NCBI GenBank assembly: GCA_050084985.1
Contig: JBITNC010000001.1
Location: 71,796,001 to 71,860,000 of the forward strand
DNA: 64,000 nucleotides
Reading direction: 5' to 3'
Source of the DNA: Nageia nagi
Lineage: Eukaryota > Plantae > Pinophyta
Made by a program: the position numbers and the translations under genes. How positions within the stretch are numbered: position 1 is the first letter of the stretch; each line of letters starts with the position of its first letter. The notes under the pieces are model-generated. The model had not been told where the DNA came from. It ran no database searches and worked only from the letters and a program-made list of their open reading frames with translations. Shown here one piece after another: positions 1 through 12,959 of this stretch.

Positions 1-420
1 GACGTACAATAATTTCCATACATATGAAAACCATAGGACAAACACATCTCTATCGTCAAATAGGAAATGTTGGTGGTAGGTGGAGTAGGTCAAAGTAGAC
101 ACCATCCATAAATGTTGGGTATTGAATGGAGGATATGGACTCCAAGTGAATAAGAAGAAATCTCTACCGTCCGTTCCTCAATCTATCGGCCCAAGTGCTG
201 ACGTGTTGAACAAGGACGAAATCCGATTTAGAGATGGGTAAATAAATGATTAAAATACATTTGCATAAAGTCAAGTTTCGCCGCGTAGGAATTTTTCTGA
301 ACTTACTTGTTCGCCGCGTAACAATTTTTCTTGCCTCACCTTTTCTTCCAAAAAGTAGGGTTTGTGTGTTTAGGTAATTTGTCTCTATTTTTTTATGCAT
401 GGTTTCGTGACTTTCGTCAC
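1..420. promoter_or_regulatory. CpG-retaining, promoter-like segment with two TTCGCCGCGTA (CGCG-box/CAMTA-type) motifs; homologous to ~1950-2350
   Basis: Many CpGs survive here in an otherwise CpG-depleted window. TTCGCCGCGTA occurs at ~277 and ~310, and TGACGT at ~199. The blocks GGAGTAGGTCAAAGTAGACAC and TTGAATGGAGGATATGGACTCCA are shared with 2170-2250. Confidence 0.4.
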
Positions 421-1499
421 TGTGATTTGGTAAGTAGTTAGCAAGAAAGAATATTTGAGATTTAGATTCAAATATTACAATGAAAATTATTTATTTTATC
501 ATACAAATTACATAGTTTGTATTTAATGTGTGATTTTTTTCAATTTTAAATTTTTTAAAAATACATTTTTTTTTTGAGGAAGAGATTTTGATTTTTAAAG
601 AATCTTTTAATCAATCAATTAACTATTAAGTACAAAAAATTCTTCTTTAAAATAGAGGTGTTTTTCTTCCTACCTCTAAAAAATTATACTAAGAGAGAAT
701 CTATTTCATACTTAGATAGATTCGTATTCTACCGACTCTTCATTTAACCAAAATAGTACTAATATTAACAACATATGGACTATTTAGATTCCCTTTAATA
801 CCTTGTTTGTTCCTGAGCATTCTTCAACATTTGAGTTGTTAGTTTCCCATTTGGATGACAAATATTAGTATTCTCGTACTCAAATTAGAATCAAGTTTGG
901 GATATATTGATGTTTGTTCTTATGGTTTGAGCTATGTAGGATTATTTATATGTCATTTAGGTTTTATAAGAATTGGTTCAATAGGTTCACCCACTCCTCT
1001 AGCTTTGGTTATGCTCGATTCCTTTGGTTTTAGACATTCAACCTCCTTTGAGTTTGTGTCTTCAACCTTTGATTCCTTTTTTTTCGTGGTTGATTCTTCA
1101 TCAAGAACATTTCTTTAGATGATTTATCGTTGCTTGCAGGTCTTCTTATGACTAGGTGTCTTCTCCCTTTTGTACTTACTCACCCTCCTCCATCTTTGCT
1201 TTTCCCTTATCAACTTGTAAAGTAAGTTCTACCTTATTTGCTTCATAAATATTAAAATACATATTTTAAAGAAAATTATGATATTTTAAAATATTTATTT
1301 TAAATAAATATTTATTTAAATTATTAACATTGAGAGGCATTCCTATAGCTTCAACACGAGGTGAAGTATAGAACTAAGATATCGCATGTAAGTCTGTCAC
1401 TTAAACATCAACTTCAATATTTAAAAAAAATGAGTCAACTTTAATATTAAAAAAAAATAGTTGATTTCAAAGATATAATTTAGAACTATATAAAAAACC

Positions 1500-2560
1500 T
1501 ATTAAATATAATAAAAAACATTTCCAAGACCGCGTACATATGTGCAGGTGTTTAATTATTTGTTTGAACAGCCAACCAGAACTTCCAGCAGCCAACTTTC
1601 TCAAAACGGATTTGTGTGCCAGTTGACGTAGAAAAAAAGCAAAAGTTCCACATCTTGAGAAGGAATGCCATTTCCAAGGAAGAAAAGCCATATTCATAAG
1701 ATAATAACACGTCATTGCCAAGATCACAAGTTTCTTTTGAATGCTACCAAGCTGACTCTGCAATTGCTTATTCGAAACAACCATTATTTAAATTAGAGAA
1801 CCAAAATCAACCAATCCTATATTTTAAAGTATGAAACAAACAGATAAAAACAAGAGAAAAGAATAAGCATTGCGGAACCATCAACGTGTACAACTCTATT
1901 TAATAAAAAATATTGACTCTCTTTTAATGAAAAGAATTGTTGGTAAACGAGGCGTATTTCCATAGATATAAACACCATGGACAAAGACAAGTCTAATATT
2001 TAAAAACATACCTAATGTATTTTTTGGCATAATAAATAAATCATCTATATGAAGGCGACTCCTCCAACTAACTGACTTCGTAAACTCCCTCGACTATATT
2101 ATTATAAGGCTGCAATTTGTTGTGGTAAGTTCAAAAAAAAAAATATAAAGCTGACATTGGTCGGTAGATGGAGTAGGTCAAAGTAGACACTCTCATAAAT
2201 TGAGACACCATCTACTCATGTTGGATGTTGAATGGAGGATATGGACTCCACGTCTATAAGATGAAATCTTTACCGTCCATTACCCAGCCTTTCGGTCCAA
2301 GTCCTAGTCCAATTTGGGGCCGCCAAATAAATTATTAGAATACATTTGCCTTTATTATAGGATAGGCTGCCACATAGGCGAAAAGTGCTTTTGGAGCCCT
2401 CAAACAAACGTAATTTTGTTGATGATATATTATATATATATATGAATAAATTATTAGCATACATTTGCATAACGTGGCATGCCTTTATTGTAGGATAAGC
2501 TGCCACATCCGCGAAAAGTGCTTTGGAGCTCGCGTTGTTTAACTCGAGACTAATGGTTCC
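1500..2560. promoter_or_regulatory. CpG-retaining regulatory-like region with CGCG boxes, TGACG/ACGT cores and internal duplications
   Basis: CCGCGT ~1530, TTGACGTA ~1623, ACACGTCA ~1707, CCGCG ~2509 and TCGCGTT ~2530. CpG density is visibly higher than in the TE-derived DNA. Confidence 0.4.
2325..2535 (+). repeat. Imperfect direct repeat, 2 copies offset ~120 bp
   Basis: AATAAATTATTAG(A/C)ATACATTTGC...GCCTTTATT(A/G)TAGGATA(G/A)GCTGCCACAT..GCGAAAAGTGCTTT..GGAGC at ~2326-2397 and ~2445-2529. Confidence 0.85.
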
Positions 2561-2971
2561 CTACAACTTGATATATATAGTCCTTGTTTTTATTTTTGGG
2601 TATATTTGTCAAAATAATTTTTTTTCATAAATATTTTTTTTGATGCGAATATGCAAAAATAAAATTTCTATGTAAATATGAAAAAAATCAAAGTTTCAAA
2701 ATATATTTGTAAATAGTTTTTGAAAATGATGTTTTAGAAATTTGAACTTAAGTTGTTTGGTTTGGATTCCACTATCTTAATCAATATTGAATTCATCACC
2801 ATCCATTCTAGTTTTTAGATTTAACTTCAACTATGACATATTCACCAAGTTTTTGTGACACATTAACATCACAATTTACTTGAAATACTAAGAAAATATA
2901 TCTATTGAAAAAAGCATGTTAGATTATCAAACATTATCAAGTTGTTAGGAAAGGATTAATCCCTTGGTTTA

Positions 2972-3050
2972 ACACACACCCACCCCCCTGCCACCCCCCC
3001 ACACACTCTCTCTCTTTTTCTCTCTCTCTCTCTCTTTATATATATGTATG
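2972..3050. repeat. Compound microsatellite (CA)n/C-run/(CT)n/(AT)n
   Basis: Directly visible. Confidence 0.85.
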
Positions 3051-5624
3051 AGTTTTAAAATTTTTAAGAGTAAATATTTTTATTTTTAATAGACTATAAT
3101 TCTAATTTTTAAGGTATTTTAAAATTTCAATAGTTTAATTTATGTATAGAAAGTAGATTGATAAAACAGGTAATTTTTTTAGACTTTAAATTGTTTAGAT
3201 TATTTATTTATGGTGTGCACTTATTTTAATTAATTCTAATAATTAATTATTTGATTTTTTTATCAAATCATGTTTTCTCAGATGGAACGAAGGAGCTAGG
3301 TGGAGAATACGAGAAAGCGTAAGGTGAAATGCAGGTGGTGATTGCTTGAAGATTGAGTCTGAGGATGAGCCAGATCTAGATTTGGTGGCGGATAGTCCTG
3401 ATCTTGTTGTTGGGCTAAGTAATAGTTAATGGTGAAGATTCTTGGCTAACCATGGAAGGGGGTAATCTAAAGAGCTCATACGTGGAAACAAATGTAGCAT
3501 AGGAGTGTTATAGTCTCATTTAACGAGTTTGGCTATGAGGGGAGATATTTCTTAACCTAAGTTTATTTGTAGGATCGATGTATTCGTAATTCAGATACGA
3601 AAGAGGTGATGAAAAGGGAAGTTGCTTATGTGTTATAAGCATGGTATTATGCATACTTTGTTGTGCAAATAATTGATGTGATGGTGATTGGCGAGGTTGG
3701 AGATGAATGAAGCTCCAAACTTCATAATGACTCATTACTGGTCTTAGATAAACTAGTGTTTGGAGATGCATGGTCATTTAGTTTAGTTATTGTATCCAAT
3801 GAAGGTAAAGGAGGTGTTTTTTTCCCTTTCTATTGAGCCCCAAAAAGAGGGCCATGTTACTAAGATTATTGATATCTTTTGGGCTTTAATAATTACTCAA
3901 GGTAATAATAGCTACAATGTTCATGGTTTATACTGAGAGATCTAAGATGATGTTATAGGAGGATCTAGATATGATGGGAGAGGAAAATAGGAAGGGTGAT
4001 TGTGAGCTTATCATGGTTTGCGAATACTAGGTCCTCCTTTTGGTATCTTATGATAGGAAGTTCTGCAAGTTTACAATGGTTGTTAAGGAGGAAGAGATAC
4101 AAAATGAGGGATTCCACGATTTGGAAGAGAAAGTATTATATGTATGGTTTGAGTTAGAAGATGAAAGCATATGGCGGGTTTCAATTCGACTAAATTACAA
4201 GAATTTAAAATTTTACTTATTTTATAAGTTTAAATCATAATTATTGTCCATTCTTGGAGTACTCTTAGAATCTATTTGAAGTGGTTAAAGTAAAATTGCA
4301 TTAAATACGTTGTCATTTTTCTCTCAAGTACTAGTAAGGGCATAATAATTACTTACATGTTTAAATGGAGAAAATCATTGTGAAGTAGAAAATTTTTAAG
4401 GCATTTTTTTAGTAAATATTTTTTAATACCTAGAATTAAATTATTTAAGAATTTTTAGTGCTTATTTTCTGGTAATTTTTTCAACTTGGCATTAATATTT
4501 TCTAGTATCTTTTGCAATTAAAGACACTAGGGCAAATTCTCAGCATTTCTACTTTTGTTAATTGAAATTATTTTCTAAGGAAAACTAATAATGCAATTTT
4601 GTTGCTAATACTATTTTTCTCTTAAAGGATCATTTTTTTATGTAAAAAAGAGGGAAATTTTATAAATTTTTTACTTAATTTTTTGGATCCTTATTGCATT
4701 ACTTTGATTTTTTAAGTGTTGATTCCTTATGCAATACTTAAAAATTTTTAGATTTTTTGATACAATGTTATGAATGGACTTATGCAATTTTTTAATTCGT
4801 TTATGCAAAGATAATGAATGGACTTGTACAAATATACCTTGAATTTTAGATTTTTTATACCCATTGGACTCTTAGATTCCAAGTAATTAATGGATGATTT
4901 TTTTTATGCTCTTTACTTCATGTTTTGCACTTTGATTTATTTACTTATGCAAACAAAAATGCAAACATTGAAATGAGAAACCCCCTAAAATGAACACATT
5001 TGCACATACATTTTGCAACATGACTTGTTTGGGAAGCCATGAGGTGAGGATAGGTGGACTAGAGCCTTTGAATCTGATGATCCAAATGGTAAAAAGTCCG
5101 TACTTCTCAATTGCCCCTATGTCCATTATTGGTCTGGACATAACTTCAATAGGTGGATAGGCATGTGTGTAGTGATACCACATGTTTGCATGTCCATTCA
5201 AGATTATCTTGATAACCTAAGAGACAACTTGAAACCTAATCAATATTAATAATTTGGCTAATCCAATAAACATTATAACCTTAGAAAATAGTAGGTACTT
5301 CTCCTTGTGAGAGTATAATACTAACCAACATGAACTAGTTGAGGATTGATAGTACTTGAACTCCTCTTATGTAGGCATCTAGGTAAAGGCCTAATTTTAG
5401 ATAAGAAAATAAGCCTCAATAATATCATTCTACATCTATGATTCTTGGTGATGAAAAAAGTATTTGGGTACATGGGTTATTATTTGAGTTGTAAAATATT
5501 TGTACTTGTGAATCAAATCAAGCATGTATCTAGTGTTAAATTTAATATGTATTATTAAAACTTAACATATAATATTGTTTATTGAACCACATGCTTATTA
5601 CTTTTTCACATCCTTGTGTAGTAA

Positions 5625-8600
5625 ATGGGAGACTCCTTTTTACCCAAACACATTCTTGATGGTTCAAACTTTTTGATTTGGAAACTACGAATGAGAGTTG
5701 AATTGCAGGCAAGGAAACATTGGAAAATAGTGAATAAGAACCTTGTACCTCCTATAGATGATAAGGTACTAAAGGCTTACAACATGAATAATGAGTTGGC
5801 AACCTCCATGATCTTTCATGTAGTGTCATATGATGTGCTCCTGATGATTTCCTCTTCAACCTTGGTAAAAGAAGCTTAGGATAAGCTTAAGCAAATATAC
5901 CTTGGTTCAAAGTTTTAAAGGAGGTTTACTATCCTCCAAAAGTTGCTTCAATCTCATCAAGGGGAAGATGAAAATGTGGCTATCTACTTGAACAAAATCA
6001 TTGACCTAAGAATCAAATTTGTTGCTTATGGGTGTAATTAGATCAATGATGAATTCATGATCTTCATCATTCTTTAAAGCCTTTCTTCAAAGTTTGGTAA
6101 CTTTGTGATAGTTATGGAAATAAGGCTTGATGATGAAGAAGAAGTCTTCTCCTTTGAGAACCTTTTTAGGCTCCTTTTGAAGCATGAGGAAACCCTTAAC
6201 AAAAACGTGTTAATTTTATCTCTTACGGATAATAATGTTACTCTTGAAGCAATCAAAACTCCTTTCAAGAAGAAGTTCAACCATGAAAAAAAATCTAATC
6301 CTTTTTCCTCCAAAAGGTTTGAGAAAAGAGGTAATGGCACCAATATCAATAGAAATAATGGCAACAATAGCAAAAGAAATAACTATAATAACAACCACTT
6401 CAAGCAAAGAGATGGAAAAGGCAAAGCAAATAATTCACATCCTAAAAAAAAGTTTGATTGTAATTGTAACTATTGTGTCATCCAAGGTCACAAAGAAGTT
6501 GATTGCTACAAAAAGAAAAGAGAGAAAAAGAATAAAAAAAATGAAAAATGTAAAGAACTTCAAAGGAAAGAAGAATATTCAAGTTGGTTTTTACTATGGT
6601 GCTCTAATCCATGTCTTGCTCTTTTTAATCTAATTGGATTGTTGACTCTGGTTGTACTAATCACCTATACTTTGAAAAGGATATGTTTGAGAACTTTCAT
6701 AAGTAAAAAAGAATACAATTGTGATAGGTGATAACTCTACCCTTGTAGTCCAAGGAATTAAGAGTTTGTTGATTCATGAGAAAGTTCTTGATAATGTGCT
6801 TTATGTTCCTAAGCTTAGGATGAACCTTCTCTCCATGATCTAAGTTGCTAAAAAAGGGTACTCTTTTGAGTTCAACTCTCAATCCTAGTGCATTAAGAAA
6901 AGATTTACCAGTGTAGTTAAAGGATCAATGAAAAATGATCTCTACATTATGGATCAAGTTCCAAAAAAGATGTGTCTTGCTACAAATGTGTGTTCTAGAG
7001 GTAATATTTGGAACCAACATTTAGGACACCTTAACCACAAGAGTATTCAAGTCATGAAAGACCAAGAACTTATGGAAGGTTTTCCTTTAATTTTTCCTTC
7101 AATTGGTCTATGCAAGAAGTGCATTCTTGGCAAGATGCATAGATAAAAGTTTGAAAAAGATAAGGTAACTAGAGCATCTCAACCTCTTCAACTTGTGCAT
7201 TTAGATTTAATAGGTCTATTTTAGACTAAGTCACTTGGAGGAGCATCTTACATCTTGACCTTCATTGATGACTTTAGGAGAATGACCTTTAGGTATCTAC
7301 TTGAGCATAAGGATTTTTAAGGTTTTTAAGGTTTTTAAGGCCTTTGTTGGAATCAAACTAATCTTAAAATCAAGATGTTGAGATTAGATAATGGGAAAAA
7401 AATACAATAATAATGAGTTCAATGACTATTATGCTAAGTATGGAATCAAGAGGCAATTTATAATTTCTTACACCTCAGCAGAATGGTGTTGCCAAAAAGA
7501 AAAATAGGATAATTATGGAGATGGCTAGATGCATGTTGGGTAATCTTCCTAGTTTTGTTGTGAGGTGAAGCTATGAGCATTGCTTTTTACACCTTGAATA
7601 GGTGTCCCACAAAAGCCATTCAGGAAAAAACTCACTTTGAGGCATGGTTAGGAAAAAAACCTAACATTTTACACCTTAAGGTGTTTGGTTGTGAAGCATT
7701 CTCCTACATTATTTCTGAGAAAAGGAATAATTTAGACAAAAGGCTAAAAAATGCATCTTTATGGGTTATGACAATCATCATAGAGGCTATAAGCTCTACT
7801 CTTAATCCTACAAAGCTATGTTTGTTTCAAGGGATGTAAAGTTAAATGAACTTCTTAAAGAATCTACTTCTAATGAAGATGTTGATGATCCAGAGGACTC
7901 TTCAATTACATCTACCTGGTTAGATTTTGATCTAGATAAGTCACCTTAGTAATAAAGTTCTCCAACATAAAGGGTAACAAGAAGCATGACCTTGAACAAA
8001 TCCTTATTTGCCAAGATTGACAACAAGCATGAGCCTTGAACCTTCAAAGAAGCTTCTAAGCATGAGTGCTAGATAGAAGCTATGAAAGTGGAGTATGAGG
8101 TTCTTATAAAAAATAAAACTTAGGATTTGGTTCCTTATCCCAATGAGAAGAATGTGATTGGCAATAAGTGGATCATCAAGATCAAGTTCAATTCTATTGG
8201 AGATATTGAGAAATACAAGGCAAGGTTAGTAGCCAAAGGTTTTACTATGAAATACAATGTAGAAATGAGTAAACCTTTGCTCTCATAGCAAAGATGCCTA
8301 CTATAAGAATGATCCTTGCTCTTTATGTAGCTTAAGGATGGAAAGTTTTTCAGCTTGACATAAAGAGTGCATTTCTCAATGGTGACTTAGATGTGGAAAT
8401 ACTTTATGAGTCAACCCAAAAGAGTTCATTATAGAAGGCAAAGAGTCCTTTGGTGCAAGCTAAAGAAGTCATTATATAGATTTAAGCAAGAACCTAGAGC
8501 CTGGTACATGAATATTTTAAGGTATTTTACAGACATTGGTTTCTCCAAGTGTTTTTTTTACTCTGATCTATATGTGCTCAATCAGGGAAAAGATGTGGTC

Positions 8601-9570
8601 TTGATTCTTTTTTATGTGGATGATCTTTTGATAATTGGAAATAATGAAGAAATCATTCAAGAGTGCATATCTAAAATTAAAGCAATGTTTGAAATGATTG
8701 ATCTTTGTCTCTTACACTACTACCTTGGAATGCAAGTATACTAATATAAGGATTATACGTATCTTAGTTAATCTAAGTATATATCAAACATCTTGTAGAA
8801 GTTTGGAATGGAAGAGTGTAGATATGATGTGATCCCAGTCTCTCTTAGAATCATTATTTCTCTAAGATCCAATTCTTAGTTAGTTGATGCTACAACTTAC
8901 AACCAATTAATTTGTAGTTTTTTGTATTTGACTATATCTAGGCTAGATATTGCCTTTGTAGTGAATCTGATGGCATGATTCATGTAGAAACCATATGTTG
9001 AGCATCTCAATGCTGTTAAGCAAAATTTAAGGTATTTTTCAAGGATTAAGGATTTTTCTCTCAAATATTTTAAGTTTCCCTCATTTGTTCTCTTTGGATT
9101 CTTAGATTCTGACTATGGAAGAGATAGAGATGATAGGAAATCAACCTATATGTATGTGTTTAGCATTGGTTTAGGTGCTATGTCTTGGGTTTCTAAGAAG
9201 CATCCTACTATTTCTCTTTCCACCATAAAATTTGAATACTATGCCATGTCTATTGCAACCTAGGAACCCATTTGCTAAGGCATCTTCTGAAAAACATGGG
9301 TAGGAGTAAGGTGGCTCATCTTTGATTTCTTCCAATAATTAGTCGACTATTTTTTTGGCTAGGAATCTTATGTTCCATTAGAGAATAAAACATATGGAAA
9401 TCCATGCCCATTTTATTAGAGAGAAGGTTCTTGATGGCATCATACATGTGTAGTATTATCCATCCACCTTGAACTTCGCTAATTTGTTCACCAAGCCCCT
9501 CCTAGAAGCTCAGTTCTATAAGCTTAGGGATACTATCAGGTTGATGAAGTTTCCCTCAAGGGGAGTGAAG
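5625..9570 (+). pseudogene. Copia gag-pol pseudogene with many stops and frameshifts
   Basis: Gag LDGSNFLIWKLRM; zinc knuckle CNYCVIQGHKEVDC; protease WIVDSGCTNH (~6635); pre-integrase WNQHLGHLN...CKKC; integrase LVHLDLIG and YILTFIDDF; RT KYKARLVAKGF, QLDIKSAFLNG and FYVDDLL; RNase H DSDYGRDRDDRKST, KHMEIHAHFIREKV and ANLFTKPL. Confidence 0.95.
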
Positions 9571-10790
9571 TTTGAATTCTTATGTTGAATTCATATTTGT
9601 GATGACAACTTCACCCTAGGAGGATTTTATGCTATATAGTGTTGATTTTGTTGTACATCTTTATGATAAGTTCACTCTACATAAGGAACTTGTTGTACAA
9701 AATTTTAAAGCAAAAATATTGGTCAATCTAGCACTGTTTAGTTATTGTGTGTGAGGAACTCTTATGTGTCTTTTGGCACTATTCAATTATCCATACATGA
9801 GGAACTCATATGTGCATGCTCTATTTTGTAATGATAATCAACACATGTTTTATATAAAACAGGTGACTATGAGTTTTAGCTTGGCATCTTTGTGATGACT
9901 TATAGTGCACCACTTATTAGTTTATGATGGCATTTGTATGATTCATCTATACTTATTGATATGAATATGTTGCATCTAATTGATCTTGTTATTTGAGTTG
10001 CTTATGACCTATAGGTTCCTTTGAGATTACAAGTTACTTACTTTAGGTATGCAAGCTCTTGGAGACTTTTCATGACTTCCAATTGGATGACTACTTCATG
10101 TACATTGAAACTAGTTGTGGTTAATGATTGTATTTGGTGAAGTAGTGAGTCTCAAACTAAATCTTTATTACTTTATAAATATGTAAAATTTTTTCATTTC
10201 CATTGTATTTGTTTGGAGGAGAACTCTCTTACTTTCTCTCTTTCTTCTCTTTTTTTGCTCTATCCCAATATTGCATTAAGGGGGAGTGTTGGAATATATA
10301 ATGCATTATTGTAAAGGTTATGTAATAATATTCTATGTAAGTTCACTAATAATTAAGGGTATCATTTGATACCTTAAGTATTTAAGTGAATATGATAATG
10401 TAACTTGTCCTACACTCCATGTCATGAGCATGCCCCTTGGGTAAAAGGATGTGCATGTCATGCTTTTGTACATTGGGTAAAAGGGTGATCCAAAGAGAGA
10501 TTTTGGTCTATAAATAGAAGGCTCCCTCTTTGAATCATACACCAATATGTGAAGTAAGGTTATGCTATAGGATAGTGCTTAGGAGAAAAGATTAGGAGGA
10601 TTGTAAGAGTTCATATTGTGAATGAAGTGAGATCTAGTTATTGGATGTACTCCTAGTTGGAGGAACCACTTACATCTTATGTTGTGTTGTGAGATTGCTT
10701 TGTGAGTTTTTTAGATGTGTATTATGAGCTTTCATGTGATCTTAGGAGTGTAGAGTTGTTCTTGTTATAGTTCACTTCTCTCATACATTT
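5625..10790 (+). mobile_element. Degenerate Ty1/copia LTR retrotransposon: internal region plus 3' LTR, no 5' LTR seen
   Basis: Domain order gag-PR-INT-RT-RH. PPT AAGGGGGAG at 10278-10286 is followed by TGTTGG (LTR start 10287), with TATAAATAG at ~10509. The LTR end is approximate. Confidence 0.92.
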
Positions 10791-11679
10791 TTCCCCTTTT
10801 TGATTTATATTTTGTCTAAGTTAAATGCAATCCAAAAATTTTATTTTATGTGTTATGAGATGAATGTGATGTGATGGCTAACTACCCCAAGTGATATATG
10901 TGATCCCCCTCAAATGTATTTATGATAAGGAAAATAATACAATAATGCATTTGACAACAAAATACTAGGAAAAGGAGAGGAAAAGATAAAAGGGATAAAA
11001 TGTGAGTGCATTTTAGAAATGCTACAATATTTGAGAAACAAATCCATGTTCTAGGAATGCCTCCATGTTTTGTAAATGTTAGTGCATTTTTAGAGTAATC
11101 ATAAAATGTGGATACCTTTCTTACCATGTAGGCCATAAAAGTAAAGGAACTAGGCTAGCTTATCTCATTTGCATCTATTCATTTTTTTTTGATGAGGCTT
11201 TAACTTGCCACATCCTCTCCTACTTAGATGAGATCAATGATATGGCATAGCTACCCTATCAATATAATAGACCATAGGCCCTCCAAGTTGGTGCTAAACC
11301 CTAATCTTGTAATTTAATTAAGTAATTAACTTAATTTAATCATATATATGGACTTGGGTAGGAAATTAGACATGAGAAGGGCAAACCAAAAGAAGAATGA
11401 CTAAAATGAACTTGGAAAAGGGGTAAAACACTAGATTAGACATAGATGAGTAGATAGGACATATAAAATGAGAATTTAGGCTAGATTAGAACCCCAAAAG
11501 ATAAAAAACTAGAAACCTAGGAGGTCCCCACATTATTGAGGAGGAAACACTAGGGATCCTCGCATTTGTGACCTTGAAATCTTGGGGGATCATGCATTTC
11601 TCCTAGGTTAGCAAGAAAAATGCATTGACCCTAGGCATTTATGATAAAGGTTGATTTTTTATGATTTTTGATAGGTTAG

Positions 11680-12670
11680 TGAGCAGGTCAACATGAGACA
11701 CTACTTCAAATCAATCTGGGGCCTTCTATAATGAACTATAGATGATAAAGAATGGGAGTTGCTTTTCTCATTTAGGATTAGATAAACCTAGATGATGGAT
11801 CCCATGACCTACAATAATGGTCACCTGACTACATTGGTGGAGAGGTGAGATGCCTCCACCAACACCTTCATACTGCCAAATGGAGAGTGCACCATCACTC
11901 TCAAGGAAATTTAGAGGATTTTAGGATCCACATAGAGGGAGAATCCATGATCAAGGTAGGATAATATGTTAGCAAAGGTGGCTATAGTAGGTTTAATTAG
12001 ACAAGACTAGTGATATCTCTAATGGGGATGAGAGGATTTGAATAAGAGGTCACTTACACAATGACCTCTATGAGGCATGAATTATTTTTGTCATGATCAT
12101 CATCACAAAACTCATTTATCTAGACTCTTTTAGGGTGTCTTACCCTAAAAGCTATGTCATGTCCTACACAAGATGCATGAGAATTAGACCATTTTTGCAT
12201 GGGAACCTACATTGGTGGTATAGGTTTATCAAGAGTTAGCAAAGATTTGATTGAGATGCCAATGAGGGATGGCATGCTCCCTCCACCTCCATATTTTGGG
12301 GGTGGGAGCACATCTAGGTGGGTAGAGCAACAAGGCTATCTTTTGACATTCATGTGGAGGTAGATGTAGGATGGGTGGACCTAGATACAAAGGCACCATA
12401 TACACTGAGATGGGTGAGAAACTTTGAGCCTCGAAGATAGTGTCCTCACATTGGGGACTTAACATACTACCAAGACATGATCTCTAGGGTGAGGATGCAG
12501 GACTTTGTGTGGAGGCTCTACATGGATGGCCTTGGATGGTAAAAGGATGGATTCAAGCTAGGGAGGACACATAGGGCTAGATGGGTTAGGACCTAACGTG
12601 GAGAGATGGAGTTATTCTATTTTGATAGAGTTACTCAATAGGTTGGTCTAGTGGAGGATGTGCTTGGGGT
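11680..12670 (+). pseudogene. Plant mobile domain (PMD, aminotransferase-like / MAIN-like) pseudogene, probably TE-borne
   Basis: The frame from 11813 reads NNGHLTTLVER*DASTNTFILPNGECTITLKEI*RILG, matching the PMD signature LxALVERWxxETHTFHLPxGECTITLEDVxxLLG. FAWG and YQEL remnants lie at ~12195-12240. MELFYFDRVTQ*VGLVEDV at ~12606-12662 matches the xExxxPDRVxRQFG motif. Confidence 0.85.
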
Positions 12671-12959
12671 ATATTATTTATGTAGGTATAGACTAGATGG
12701 GCTAACAACCATAGTATGCCTAAATATTAGGTCAGAGTTAGACCCCCCAATGATGATCTCGATGGTCAGGTATGTAAGGATGATACCATGTTCTTTTTTA
12801 TGGGATAAATACACTAGGTTCTACATAAAGTCTACACATATTTTGAGGAGCAAATGATCTTTTCACACTACATGCAAATAAAATTATAATAAAATATTAA
12901 TGATGCGTGGGTGATGAAAGGATTCATTTCATTTTGGATTTAGAATTTTCATTTTCAAA

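Noticed and set aside
780-1230. ORF 855-1118 as a membrane protein
   Set aside because: It is a T-rich antisense shadow with no recognisable domain, probably a TE relic.
2163-2216. GTAGATGG...CCATCTAC inverted repeat as a miRNA hairpin
   Set aside because: The stem is only ~8 bp, and the paralogous copy at 75-110 lacks it.
4300-4900. CACTA/MULE termini (CACTAG at ~4525, short subterminal-like repeats)
   Set aside because: No matching inverted terminus or TSD was found.
6074-6731. Overlapping ORFs 6074-6373, 6216-6407 and 6235-6633 as separate genes
   Set aside because: They are shadow frames of the A-rich copia gag (6105-6731).
7311-7340. (TTTTTAAGG)x3 in the copia integrase as a frameshift signal
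   Set aside because: It looks like post-insertion slippage. Copia integrase is not frameshifted at this position.
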